Shown here piece by piece: positions 20,801 through 29,426 of a stretch of DNA of 64,000 nucleotides. The stretch is from positions 96,001 to 160,000 of the IMG/VR virus record IMGVR_UViG_3300020471_000006. One strand, 5' to 3'. Every line of letters starts with the position of its first letter. The stretch's first letter is position 1. The position numbers and the translations under genes are program-made. Under the pieces are notes generated by a model, which had not been told where the DNA came from, did no database searches, and was given only the letters and a program-made list of their open reading frames with translations. This DNA comes from a virus (lineage: Duplodnaviria > Caudoviricetes).

Positions 20801-22998
20801 GTGGTGGTAATGCTACTGCTACAGTTAGAGTTTCACAGGGTCTTGTATATGATGCAGAGATGACACTTTCTGGTTCTGGTTATACTGAACCACCATCTAT
20901 TGTTCTTAGAGGAACAGGATCTGGTAATGCTGGTGCTGTAATCGAATCTCAAATTACTATTGATACACCAGCAGTTAGAATGGGTGTTGCTATTGATGTA
21001 GAAGGAGAAACACAATCTATAACTCCTACTAAGTTTGAATTTGATTTCCCTGTATATCTTGAGAACGATACTGAATATGCTCTTGCTATTGAGACAGACT
21101 CAGTTGATTATGAATTATGGTCTTCTCAATTAGGTGGAGTTGAAATTGCTACTAGTCAAATTGTTACAACTCAACCATCTTTGGGATCTCTATTCAGATC
21201 ACAGAACACAGGTGATTGGACTGAAGATATATTTGAAGATGTTAAGTTTGTATTGAATCGTGCAGAGTTTGATATTAGCAGAACTGCAAGTTTACTACTT
21301 TCCAATGCTGATCTAGGATTTGAACCACTTGATCATCATCCTATTGAAACTAATGCAGAAGCGAATACTACTGCTACATCAACACTATTCAAGAATAACA
21401 ATTATGTTGTTAAGGTTAATCATAGAGACAATGGTTTTGATGTTGATAAGTCATGGGTTTACTTCAAGAATGCAGTTGATGTTGGTGGTGTAACTGCTTC
21501 CTCACTAAACAGTAATCTTTATAAGGTTTCTAATACTGGTGTTGATTACTATAACATCACTGGAGCTAGTAGGGCATCTGGTAATTCCTTTGGTGGTGGT
21601 ACAAATGTACTAGCGACATACAATAGAAAGTTTGAAAAGGTATTTGCTTCTGTATCGAGTTTAACTTTCAGTCAAACTAAGATTGATAGTTTTGTTAAGA
21701 CTACAAATATTGCACCAATAGATGATAATGTTGGAACCTTTGTATCATACTCACAAACTGATTATGAGAAGACTTTCTTAAATGAAGACTTCTATTTCAT
21801 TAATCAGAAGATTGTTGCTTCTAAGATTAATGAAACTGCTAATGGTATTGACAATTCATTACTCTATAAACTTGATCTATCAAGTACTGTCACTCATCTT
21901 TCACCAGTTATTGATCTTTCAAGAGCATCTGTCAAGACTATTACTAATCGTATTGAATCTGCTACAGGTTCAGAGGATCGTTATGGTAGAAGGAATCAAA
22001 TTGTAACTTTCTTGCCTGTGTATTCATTCACTGCTTCTGGTCTACAAGGTGCTGAAATAATCAATGATAGTCAAACTATTGTTGGTGTTACATCTAAAGC
22101 AGAAGGAACTATTGTCAAGGTTGATGGTAGTACTGTGTTTGTTAAAATAACAACTGTTAATACATTTGTTGCTGGAGAAGTATTAACATTTAGTAGTGAT
22201 ACTTTTGCTGGTGATATTAAAGTTGGAACAGGTGGTCTTAATAAGTTTGAGTTTGATATACCAAATACTACTACACCTCCAACATATGTAACTGCAAGGA
22301 ACCCATCAGTTCCAGCTCAAACATATGACAATAAGATTTCTGGTAAGATAGTATTGTGGAATACTAAGTCTGGTGAATTAACTACTGTTAATGATAAGCA
22401 ACCAATTAATAATGATTATACTGGAAGACTTATTGATAGTAGTAGTTTTGATAGAAATGCTAATGTAGATGATCAGTTAAATGATATCTTTAGAGTTGGT
22501 GATTTGATTTCATATCCAAATCAACCAGTAGATGAAGCAAGTTTCATTGAAATCTCTCATGTATCATATTCTGATGGTATTGACTTTATTTCTGAGTTAC
22601 AGTCTAAGAATAGTTCTGGAATTTCTAAATATGTCACTAAAGAGATTTCTATTGAAAATCCAGCTACATCTATTGATGTAAAACTTACTGCTAATGTAAC
22701 TGATACTAAGAATTTACAGATACTTTATAAACTCAAGAAGTCTTCCTCACAGGAAAACTTTGAAGATATTGAATGGATTTATTTCAATACTTCAGGTGAA
22801 CCTGATGTTGATACTATTGCTTCTTCTGAAAATTCTATTAGTGGTATTACAGAGAAACAATCATCATATCAAGAACTATCTTACAGCATAGAAAATCTAC
22901 CTGAATTTTCTTCTTATGCAATTAAGATTGTTATGAAATCTAATAATCCTGCATTCGTTCCTAAGATTCAAGATATGAGGGCAGTAGCATCTTATTGA
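14893..22998 (+). CDS. Large virion structural protein (DUF4815/VrlC-like, 2701 aa)
   Basis: Characteristic start MPQKTNLNVAPYYDDFD..KNFYKVLFRPG..IQARELTQLQS; APGAHRL; RRTYDESGDY; FKSGFIVDNF. Confidence 0.85.
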   Translation: MPQKTNLNVAPYYDDFDTDKNFYKVLFRPGYSIQARELTQLQSLLQNQIEQFGKYAFKQGELVIPGEIGFNNKLHFVKLSSVSEIPTNQDGQIVYKKYDVSQLINRQVKGLTSGVIATILQSATATETAADVLYVTYTNSGDAGNEETFRQGETLEVVDGVNTPLMVVGTDGSVLPTSISITDPDTGTSSSLESPAMGYASAVKVEEGIYFVNGYFVRNDAQLLVIDKYYDSPSAKVGFKINESIVTPEEDASLYDNSIGSSNYSAPGAHRLSIKLSLVVYSLDEKTDKNFIKLLQIKNGVVQTQVTQTDYNLLEQTLARRTYDESGDYVVDNFSLDVREYYQKNGNLGIYGKDEEGLVNGLSESDAGKKLVASVGPGKAYIKGYEIVNKETKYIDVDKARETLNREDIRLKTKGLPTYRITNNYSSIPVNSEGSELTSYPNVYLSAAFNDGSIGMNNTEMDTDPKQTINRRGSFFDINQGIKTIYIEVDNNYATRVAGLTGANFRTTADGIPTLWYIQSRGTTIIANSFDVLSYSKVPRIEANPDDTVTFLEITVTAQKDLLDDFLIEYDETDANKYRFIYINENDAETPGSVPFGKIVDYNDTITPVIGIAKPSNYTLLERGAGFNSDTDIVVSKGRLSNGDATYNSTFGLSYFDPNFFTKIQLDDKISIAGSFSPGQYVRGLTSGAYGVIEGTSTGSYTSNKTLMVKGLFGVFKSGEVIADESGNTLRIAKDNTISHFVVNSRGANHSLDATIRVDGVEYDNSKIKVDVSGDQLVWRVSIVNRDAALVEYSQPPLVEIVDTGATSQAVVTPILVRNAVTTYTPQNVKSFYSQFGSGNNNTFTADIEINKEKYSEVVSVTDFTFSGNKGRKYIECTGFGGDATTFVIHGDLVQFTDDTGNLVRGVVQQSTKPAGVYKSRIYLDRSLPNGVTNASVVRVRPSIENFNQGTLLYKTGSNQISSIVASPDDSKITYYLRRDFISTGSGGSGAITFAAQLPFGTQRFVSFSESNFLITILDPGDAPDVAAGDIVYITSDQVEIKASTDAASGLTSGSVKLNLPANYFGSTSYTTYPTLKLTATLEVTKAKPRLKTANLNKRIIVEALGDKIIPFRGRDYDTESLDVYSYADAFNLRYVYEGSTSTPPVVDKAGNLVTGTDVTNRFTFDDGQRDTIYDISRLVIKPGFEAPVGQLVIAFDYFDHTSGDFITVDSYLHEAGVGSEEIPSFNSPVLGKISLKDVLDFRPKVDNNAIIGGYQNTSLLSAPNARSFTGTGGIVSSTPAPDVGLEYTFSFTQTQYLDRIDGLFLNKKGQFIIKQGNSSLNPSKPDVISDAIALYYMYIPAFTETGKDVRITPVDNRRYTMRDIGKLEKRIERLEYYTTLSILEQQALNMQITDSAGVNRFKSGFIVDNFETHRIGSLKSLDYKCSIDTQQSVLRSQAKEDSIDLVEVNTRDDQRSVSGYQKSSDVVTLPYHELELLGNNFATKTVNPNPFVVLQYVGDSFIGPNVDSWYDSSVEPLVTDNNTNLYSIFLAKENLKEAFSSLYNSYKVNWLGANQAFYNIGSFAEVNSSIADSNVATASVGTSSNISPQNNEVGKGLVTKGVGSNVVATSLSYFARSIPVKFKINRLKPNTRVYVFMEGRDIARWVNPDLKYTGIAGNSLSAFNGAITTDNNGNASGVILIPAGNPPRENAVWSGSVDTVSYDTDADELRFSTGVKTIRFTSSSTDAETESVETFAEVKFYATGIVPENPSSIISTRPAFFKANEGTQIVGSNTQNPIRPNPFAQTFLVDGFEGGVFVTSLDLFFNKKSDNIPLRVYLTDVVSGKPGKNIIPGTQKVLTPETFLKVVASDTLTITKGENVTGSKSNASGPISKVIDKNNIEIVASTTGLYTLTNDQVYTLVLDNNNGKNFVQDELLNVTSITQNNNANNTEFTLTIAKDSGRVTELNVVNTGSGYDSAIITIESPQLPGGGNATATVRVSQGLVYDAEMTLSGSGYTEPPSIVLRGTGSGNAGAVIESQITIDTPAVRMGVAIDVEGETQSITPTKFEFDFPVYLENDTEYALAIETDSVDYELWSSQLGGVEIATSQIVTTQPSLGSLFRSQNTGDWTEDIFEDVKFVLNRAEFDISRTASLLLSNADLGFEPLDHHPIETNAEANTTATSTLFKNNNYVVKVNHRDNGFDVDKSWVYFKNAVDVGGVTASSLNSNLYKVSNTGVDYYNITGASRASGNSFGGGTNVLATYNRKFEKVFASVSSLTFSQTKIDSFVKTTNIAPIDDNVGTFVSYSQTDYEKTFLNEDFYFINQKIVASKINETANGIDNSLLYKLDLSSTVTHLSPVIDLSRASVKTITNRIESATGSEDRYGRRNQIVTFLPVYSFTASGLQGAEIINDSQTIVGVTSKAEGTIVKVDGSTVFVKITTVNTFVAGEVLTFSSDTFAGDIKVGTGGLNKFEFDIPNTTTPPTYVTARNPSVPAQTYDNKISGKIVLWNTKSGELTTVNDKQPINNDYTGRLIDSSSFDRNANVDDQLNDIFRVGDLISYPNQPVDEASFIEISHVSYSDGIDFISELQSKNSSGISKYVTKEISIENPATSIDVKLTANVTDTKNLQILYKLKKSSSQENFEDIEWIYFNTSGEPDVDTIASSENSISGITEKQSSYQELSYSIENLPEFSSYAIKIVMKSNNPAFVPKIQDMRAVASY

Positions 22999-22999
22999 T

Positions 23000-23218
23000 A
23001 TGAATCATTTGAAAGTTGAGAATGAAGACCATCTATATCGTGATGTAAATACAGGTGCAATAATAAATACTGACAGGTCTTCCTTCGCCAAATATAAAGC
23101 ATCCAGAAACAAGTACCGTAATATGGAGCATGAATTGGACTATGTTAAAAGTGAACTACATGAACTCAAGACCCTCTTAAAACAATTGATAAAGTCCGAT
23201 GGCAGCCATAGTAGTTAA
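23000..23218 (+). CDS. Small hypothetical protein typical of this position in T4-like marine phages
   Basis: LKVENEDHLYRDVNTGAIINTD followed by a coiled-coil; contains ATAAATA at 23063-23069 that could drive the downstream fibre gene. Confidence 0.8.
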   Translation: MNHLKVENEDHLYRDVNTGAIINTDRSSFAKYKASRNKYRNMEHELDYVKSELHELKTLLKQLIKSDGSHSS

Positions 23219-26200
23219 TAAGACTGATACCTTTGAAGTTCAAAGGCAGAAGATAAACCAGATAGGGTCTGAGTTTGATACGTTTGTGACGAATCAGACG
23301 ACTCTGAACTCTACCTTCATCGAACTGACTGATATATCAGTTACCAAACTGAATGCAGGTACTGCTAACTTAACTTATGATAATACTACTGGTGTACTGA
23401 CATATACTCCACCAGATTTATCAAACTTTATAACATCAATTGGTGATGCTATTCAGGATGCAGACTTCACTACTGCTGGTCTGATGAAGACTGATGGTGC
23501 TGGAAATTATAGTGTAGTAACAGATAACTCTTCTAATTGGATTGCTTTAACAGATCTTTCTGTTACTCAACTTGCAGCAGGTAACAACGGACTTTCATAT
23601 GATAATACAACTGGTGTATTAACATTCACACCACAAGATGTATCTGGATTCTTGTCATTAACAGGTATTTCTGTCAATACTCTTACTGCTGCTTCTGGTG
23701 GAGCATTATCTTATAGCAATACCACTGGTGTATTCTCATATACTCCACCAGATCTATCTGGTTATCTAACATCATTACCAACTCATAGTATTGATGATCA
23801 TGATGATGTTGACACAACTGGAGTAGCAGACGGCAAAATTCTTAAATATGATGCTTCAGCATCTTCATTTGTCATTGCTGATGATGGTGGTGGTACTATC
23901 CCAGATCTTCAAGATGTTTGTGATCAAGATCCAGTAACTACGACAGATATAACAGCAAAAGATTTAATATGTGCTGATGCTGGACTGTTCCAAATTGGAA
24001 CATCACAATATGCAACAATTGGATATAGTAATCTCGGAAAGATTATATATCAAGGTAACAACAGTGGTTTTGATGTAATATCAACCAGTCTTAATTGGAT
24101 TTCTGGATCTACTACAGTAGCTGAATTGTCATCTACTGGATTGAATATTATTGGTACTGTCACTTCTGATGGATCAACTACTGATGGTGATGCTACATTT
24201 AAGGGTGGTACTGCTGATCTTGTTTGGGATAAATCAGATAATTGTCTGTACTTCTATGGTGGTACTACCATAAAAGATGCTAGTGGTGATAAAGGAACAT
24301 TAGGACAGGTATTAGGTGCTAATGGAGCTGCTGGTCTTGATTGGTTAGATTTTGACTTAGATAATCTTGCCAATGTTAATATTACATCTCTACAAGATAC
24401 ACAAACTATTAAATGGGATGCTGCTACTAATAAGTGGGTAAATGCTTCTAGTGCAGGTGGTTCAGGAGGGGAAGGTATTTCATTATCAGATATTTCTGTA
24501 GGTGCTAATGGTGCTGCTACTGGTGGTGGATCACTTTCATATAATGATATAACTGGTGTATTTACATTTAGTCCAGCAGTTGTAGGTAACTTTATTCAAT
24601 TGACAGATATTTCTGTTGGTGCAGAAGGTGCTGCGGCTGGAGATGGTGGTATATCCTATGATGATAGTACAGGTGTACTAACATACTCACCTCCAGATCT
24701 ATCTGGTTATCTAACTGGATATACTGAGACAGCAGATCTTCAGGATGTTACATCCAATGGAGCAACAACGAATGTTGCAACAACTATCTTTACTGGTGGT
24801 ACTGGTGCTGCTCGTTTAGATGTACAAAATGCTGGAGGTTATGCTATCAGTTTAAATGCTGCTTCTGGTGTTGGAATTAATACTGCTGATGGTGTTGGAC
24901 TTTATATTGGTAATATTTCCACTAATGTATGGAGAGCAAAGATTGAAGGATCTACTGGTGATATAACTGGTAACAAATTTGTTAAGACAAGCGGAACATC
25001 ATCACAATTCTTAAAGGCAGATGGTTCTGTTGATAGTAGTACATATCTAACTTCAATAGACATTAGTTCTGAGAACCTCAACGATCTTGCTGACGTTAAT
25101 GCTGGAACCCCTACTGATGGACACGTATTGAAATGGGATGCTGGTACATCTAAATGGATTGCTGCTGCTGACCAAACAGCAACAGGTGGTTCTGGTATAT
25201 CATTAACAGATCTTTCTGTAACCACTAACACAGCAGGTACAGCAGCGTTATCTTACAACACTTCAAATGGTGTGTTCTCATACACTCCTCCTGATCTTTC
25301 TGCTGTAAGTACAGACCTAACAGCATTCTCTGTTGGTTCTAATGCTACTGCTTCAGGTGGTGGTGGACTTGCATACAACAACACAAATGGTGTATTCACA
25401 TATACTCCTCCAGATCTTAGTAGTTACGTAACTGGTCTCTCTATGGGAGAACTTGATGATGTAACTATAACAGGATCACCAGCACTGAATTCAGTATTGA
25501 AATGGAGTGGTACAGCTTGGGTAAATGGAACTGTTGCATCAGGTGGTCTTGATCATGTTGTAGAAGATACTTCTCCACAGTTAGGTGGTAATTTAGATTG
25601 TCAAAGTGCAAATGTAGATTTCTATACTGGTGGTGCTTGTTTCGGTGGAGACAGTGGATCATATGCACCTAGATTGTATATTAGTCATACTACAACATCT
25701 GGTGGTACATCATTTATAGATGATGCTAGTGCTAATGGTTTAAACATCCTATATGGAAGTGGTTCTTTTGGTAAGATCGTATTTAAAAATAGAACAGGAA
25801 GTACTCAATTAACCATTAATGATGCTAATGGTGTCAAAGTTGCATCAAAACTAGACTTGTCTAGTTCTACTATCCATGATGGTACTAACACAGGTACATC
25901 TGGTCAGGTTCTAACTTCTACAGCAACAGGGGTAGCATGGTCAACTGGTCTAACATTAAGTTCACTTTCTGTAGGTAGTGAAGGAACAGCATCTGGTGAT
26001 GGTTCTATTTCATATAATAATACAAACGGTGTATTCACATATACTCCACCAGATTTAAGTGATTTCTTAGATAGTACTTCTGCTCTTGCAGATCTATCTG
26101 ATGTTGTTATTACTGGTTCCCCTCAGTCTGGTCAGGTAATCAAATGGGATAATGCTACTAGTAAGTGGACTAACCAAGCAGATGCAGCAGGTGGAGCAGT

Positions 26201-27644
26201 AGCTGCTGGTTTGGATACACAGGTACAATTTAATGATGGTGGGAATCTTGCAGGTGATTCTGCACTTACGTGGAGTAAATCAAGTGATATATTAACACTT
26301 GATGGTCAACTCAATATTCCATTTGATAGTACCACTACTGGTACTAACCCTGCTATTAAGATTGGAGCTGGTGGTGACTGGGAGGCATTCCATAATGGAT
26401 CTTCTACTTGTCTAAGGAACCAATTTGGAACCTATGCTGTACAGAACGCTGCTGATGGAGGAGAATTACATCTTCAAGCATATGGCAACATAAAGATGTC
26501 ACACATGGCTGGAGTAAATTATGTCTTCTGTAATGAACTTGCTGGTGTTGATTTATTCCATAATGGAACGTGGAAATTAAAAACACATGCCGATGGCATA
26601 GAGATTAATGGTGTAATATTAGATGCTCAAGGTGATAAGGGTAGTTCTGGTCAGGTACTTTCTAGTACTGGTACTTCATTAAATTGGGTTACTCCATCTA
26701 CTAATTTAAGTAATTCTGTTCTTGGAGATCTTCAAGATGTAACTATTGCAGGATCACCTTCATCTAATCAATTCTTAAGATACAATGGTTCTACTTGGAC
26801 TAATGAAACAGTTACTATTGGTACTGGTACTGTTACTCAGGTTACAGGTGGCACAGGATTGAGTGGTACTGTAACAACTACAGGATCATTAAGTCTATCT
26901 TCCAGTGGAGTTTCGTCAGGAACATATGCAACACCATCGTCAATAACTGTTGATACCTATGGTAGAATCACCAGTATTACAGGTGGATCTGGTGGTAGTG
27001 GTTCAGCAGGTGTATACAGAGTCCATCAATCTTCATCATCTGGTACACTGGCTATTAACAGTAATGCTAATGGTTGGTTAGTTATTGTTGTTGGAGGAGG
27101 TGGAGGAGCAGGTGTTGCTCTAGGAACTTCAACTCAAGGTGTTGCTACTGGTGGTGGCGGTGGTGGCGGTGCAGTCATGTGGTTCTATAGTAAAGCAGAA
27201 ATGGGTACTGGATCAATGAGTTGGACTATCGGTTCTGCTGGATCTAGTCCTGCATCTGGTATAAGTAATGGTGGTAATGGAGGTGGTAGCACCTTCAGTA
27301 CAGGGTCAGGAGGAACTGGTCCTTCCCTATCTGCTCAAGGTGGTAATGGTAGTATCTTCCATGGAATAAGCACTGTCTGTGGTGATGGTGGTGGTCCAGG
27401 TAATGGTACTTGGGTTACATATGATGGTGACACTACTTGTGTTATGCGTGGTATGGATGGATCCAATGGTCACGCTGTAGAGGGCAGCAGCACTTGTAAA
27501 GGTGGAAGACCTGGATTCCCAGTATCTCCTGCATCAGGTGGTTCTAACTGGGGTCGTGGTGCTGCTGGTGCTGCTAGTAACAATACTAACTGGGCTCAGG
27601 GTGGCACTGCCATAGAAGGTATATGTACAATTTACGAATTCTAA
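23199..27644 (+). CDS. Tail fibre protein (1481 aa) with modular repeats and Gly-rich C-terminal tip
   Basis: DTFEVQRQKIN anchor-like N-terminus; repeated SYDNTTGVLTYTPPDLS and DL.DV...GQVLKWD units; followed by a chaperone gene. Confidence 0.85.
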   Translation: MAAIVVNKTDTFEVQRQKINQIGSEFDTFVTNQTTLNSTFIELTDISVTKLNAGTANLTYDNTTGVLTYTPPDLSNFITSIGDAIQDADFTTAGLMKTDGAGNYSVVTDNSSNWIALTDLSVTQLAAGNNGLSYDNTTGVLTFTPQDVSGFLSLTGISVNTLTAASGGALSYSNTTGVFSYTPPDLSGYLTSLPTHSIDDHDDVDTTGVADGKILKYDASASSFVIADDGGGTIPDLQDVCDQDPVTTTDITAKDLICADAGLFQIGTSQYATIGYSNLGKIIYQGNNSGFDVISTSLNWISGSTTVAELSSTGLNIIGTVTSDGSTTDGDATFKGGTADLVWDKSDNCLYFYGGTTIKDASGDKGTLGQVLGANGAAGLDWLDFDLDNLANVNITSLQDTQTIKWDAATNKWVNASSAGGSGGEGISLSDISVGANGAATGGGSLSYNDITGVFTFSPAVVGNFIQLTDISVGAEGAAAGDGGISYDDSTGVLTYSPPDLSGYLTGYTETADLQDVTSNGATTNVATTIFTGGTGAARLDVQNAGGYAISLNAASGVGINTADGVGLYIGNISTNVWRAKIEGSTGDITGNKFVKTSGTSSQFLKADGSVDSSTYLTSIDISSENLNDLADVNAGTPTDGHVLKWDAGTSKWIAAADQTATGGSGISLTDLSVTTNTAGTAALSYNTSNGVFSYTPPDLSAVSTDLTAFSVGSNATASGGGGLAYNNTNGVFTYTPPDLSSYVTGLSMGELDDVTITGSPALNSVLKWSGTAWVNGTVASGGLDHVVEDTSPQLGGNLDCQSANVDFYTGGACFGGDSGSYAPRLYISHTTTSGGTSFIDDASANGLNILYGSGSFGKIVFKNRTGSTQLTINDANGVKVASKLDLSSSTIHDGTNTGTSGQVLTSTATGVAWSTGLTLSSLSVGSEGTASGDGSISYNNTNGVFTYTPPDLSDFLDSTSALADLSDVVITGSPQSGQVIKWDNATSKWTNQADAAGGAVAAGLDTQVQFNDGGNLAGDSALTWSKSSDILTLDGQLNIPFDSTTTGTNPAIKIGAGGDWEAFHNGSSTCLRNQFGTYAVQNAADGGELHLQAYGNIKMSHMAGVNYVFCNELAGVDLFHNGTWKLKTHADGIEINGVILDAQGDKGSSGQVLSSTGTSLNWVTPSTNLSNSVLGDLQDVTIAGSPSSNQFLRYNGSTWTNETVTIGTGTVTQVTGGTGLSGTVTTTGSLSLSSSGVSSGTYATPSSITVDTYGRITSITGGSGGSGSAGVYRVHQSSSSGTLAINSNANGWLVIVVGGGGGAGVALGTSTQGVATGGGGGGGAVMWFYSKAEMGTGSMSWTIGSAGSSPASGISNGGNGGGSTFSTGSGGTGPSLSAQGGNGSIFHGISTVCGDGGGPGNGTWVTYDGDTTCVMRGMDGSNGHAVEGSSTCKGGRPGFPVSPASGGSNWGRGAAGAASNNTNWAQGGTAIEGICTIYEF
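23319..26066 (+). repeat. Eight dispersed copies of a ~38-aa fibre repeat, with DNA-level direct repeats
   Basis: LTD(I/L)SV...LSY.NT.GV(L/F)TYTPPDLS x8; exact 23-nt repeat CCAGATCTATCTGGTTATCTAAC at 23748 and 24693; exact 20-nt repeat GGTGTATTCACATATACTCC at 25389 and 26028. Confidence 0.85.
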
Positions 27645-27645
27645 A

Positions 27646-28059
27646 ATGATTAACGATTTAACAGATCCTAATGCAAAACGATATGCATTAATTGAAGGTG
27701 GGAAGGTAGTCAATATTGTCAAAGCACCTGTTGACTGGCCTGCTCCTGCTGGTCAAACTAAAGTAGAGGTGGAACAACATGCCCTTGTCGATATTGGTGA
27801 TGAGCATGATGGTACTAGTTTCACAACTCAAAAATTAGTTAGAGTTCTAACTGATGAAGAAAAGTTTGAAAATCTAAGAGCAGAAAGAAATGCATTGTTG
27901 AACACAACTGATTGGACACAACAAGGTGATGTGCCAGATGCAATTAAAACTAAGTGGCAAACATATAGACAGGAATTGAGAGATCTTCCTGCCAATACTG
28001 ATATATCAACTACTACTACTGGACTTACTGACGTTGCATGGCCCACAAAGCCAACATAA
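27646..28059 (+). CDS. Tail fibre assembly chaperone
   Basis: LRAERNALLNTTDWTQ..DVP....KWQTYRQELRDLP...WPTKP signature, directly after the fibre gene. Confidence 0.85.
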   Translation: MINDLTDPNAKRYALIEGGKVVNIVKAPVDWPAPAGQTKVEVEQHALVDIGDEHDGTSFTTQKLVRVLTDEEKFENLRAERNALLNTTDWTQQGDVPDAIKTKWQTYRQELRDLPANTDISTTTTGLTDVAWPTKPT

Positions 28060-28062
28060 ATA
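28056..28062 (+). promoter_or_regulatory. Late promoter variant (ATAAATA)
   Basis: Overlaps the chaperone stop, 18 nt upstream of ATG 28081. Confidence 0.6.
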
Positions 28063-28080
28063 ATATTTTAATGATTTGTT

Positions 28081-28296
28081 ATGGAAGCAAGTAAAATAAG
28101 ATCTGAACTCACAAGACAATTAGGTGAGACAGAGACTAAAATCACCACACAGGAAAAGAGTCTTACTGAACTGAAAGAATATAGAATCAAAATTATTGGT
28201 GGGTTGGAAACACTAGATCTTCTGGAATCTCCTGATCCAGATGAACTTGCGGCTAATGGTGGAAAACTACCACCACCAGCAAAGAAGACTAAATAA
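28081..28296 (+). CDS. Hypothetical coiled-coil protein
   Basis: 71-aa ORF flanked by late-promoter motifs (second CTAAATA at 28289-28295). Confidence 0.75.
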   Translation: MEASKIRSELTRQLGETETKITTQEKSLTELKEYRIKIIGGLETLDLLESPDPDELAANGGKLPPPAKKTK

Positions 28297-28314
28297 AAGA
28301 AATTCTAGAGTCTA

Positions 28315-28650
28315 ATGGCAGCGATACCTGTAAATATAGTCGTTGACCGTCATGCTAACTATGACGTGACTTTCTTTATTACTAATAAAGATGGTACGCC
28401 ACTCAACATGACAGGATATACTGGTGAAGCAGCTTTTAAAACAAGCTACACTAGTTCTACTAGCGTGTCTGTACCTTTGGTATTTGTCAATCGAACTGCT
28501 GGTGAGATTGGCATATCTATGAATAGTACAGAAACAGGTGCTTTAGACCGTAGAAGATATGTTTATGATATTCTCTTGACTGCTCCAACAGGATACAAGA
28601 CAAGAGTTATTGAAGGATTAGTAGAAGTTAATCCTGGAGTATCATCCTGA
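28315..28650 (+). CDS. Virion structural protein (BppU-N-like beta-sandwich)
   Basis: PLNMTGYTGEA...GEIGISMNSTETGAL..RRYVYDILLT.P.G.KTRVIEGLVEVNPGVS pattern. Confidence 0.7.
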   Translation: MAAIPVNIVVDRHANYDVTFFITNKDGTPLNMTGYTGEAAFKTSYTSSTSVSVPLVFVNRTAGEIGISMNSTETGALDRRRYVYDILLTAPTGYKTRVIEGLVEVNPGVSS

Positions 28651-29369
28651 TGGCAGAGTATACCGTTAGAGTTGGATCTCAGCAACATAGTGTTGCTCTG
28701 AGAGAGAACCCTGCGTACAACTTGGATGTTAATTATCAAATTCCAACCAAGTCTACACAGTATACAAACCTAATACTTGATGATATATCTGGTGGATTTG
28801 ATGGTGTAGAAGATCAATTCAGTCTTTCTGTTAATGGATCTCCTTATACACCAATAGATGAACAACAATTGTTGATCTCTATTAATGATGTAGTTCTTAA
28901 ACCAAATACAGACTACATTGTTTCTAATGATCAGATTGTTTTTACTACTCCACCTACTGCTGGTCAAAAATTTTCTGGTGTTGCCTTAGTTACTACGGCA
29001 GATTTAACCAGAACTTTGAATTTTGTTATTGATGCTGGATCATTCCCAATGGCAATTGGACCAAAGGGTGATATGGCAATAGATGTTACTGGTACTATCG
29101 AGTCTTGGATTCTAGTAGCAGACATCGCAGGTAATATTGAAATAGATATATTGAAGTGTGCTTATGATGATTATCCTAACTTCACTTCGATAACAGGAAC
29201 AGAAACACCAAAATTAGGTATTCTAAATACCAGTACAGAAATAAAGGCGAAGGATGATAATCTTTCGACTTGGAACACCACAGTTAATGCTGGAGACATT
29301 TTTAGATTCAATGTAAACCATGTCCTGAACATAAGTAAGGCTAGTGTTGCATTGAGGATAAAATTATAA
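28650..29369 (+). CDS. Virion structural protein
   Basis: LDDISGGFDG...QLLISINDVVLKPNTDY.....IVFTTPP module also present in gp7; coupled by TGATG. Confidence 0.75.
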   Translation: MAEYTVRVGSQQHSVALRENPAYNLDVNYQIPTKSTQYTNLILDDISGGFDGVEDQFSLSVNGSPYTPIDEQQLLISINDVVLKPNTDYIVSNDQIVFTTPPTAGQKFSGVALVTTADLTRTLNFVIDAGSFPMAIGPKGDMAIDVTGTIESWILVADIAGNIEIDILKCAYDDYPNFTSITGTETPKLGILNTSTEIKAKDDNLSTWNTTVNAGDIFRFNVNHVLNISKASVALRIKL

Positions 29370-29389
29370 ATAATTGGTGGTTATAAATA
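29365..29389 (+). promoter_or_regulatory. Two consensus T4 late promoters
   Basis: TATAAATA at 29365-29372 and 29382-29389. Confidence 0.85.
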
Positions 29390-29426
29390 ATCATACATAG
29401 CAACGTAATTAGGACAGAGGAAAACA

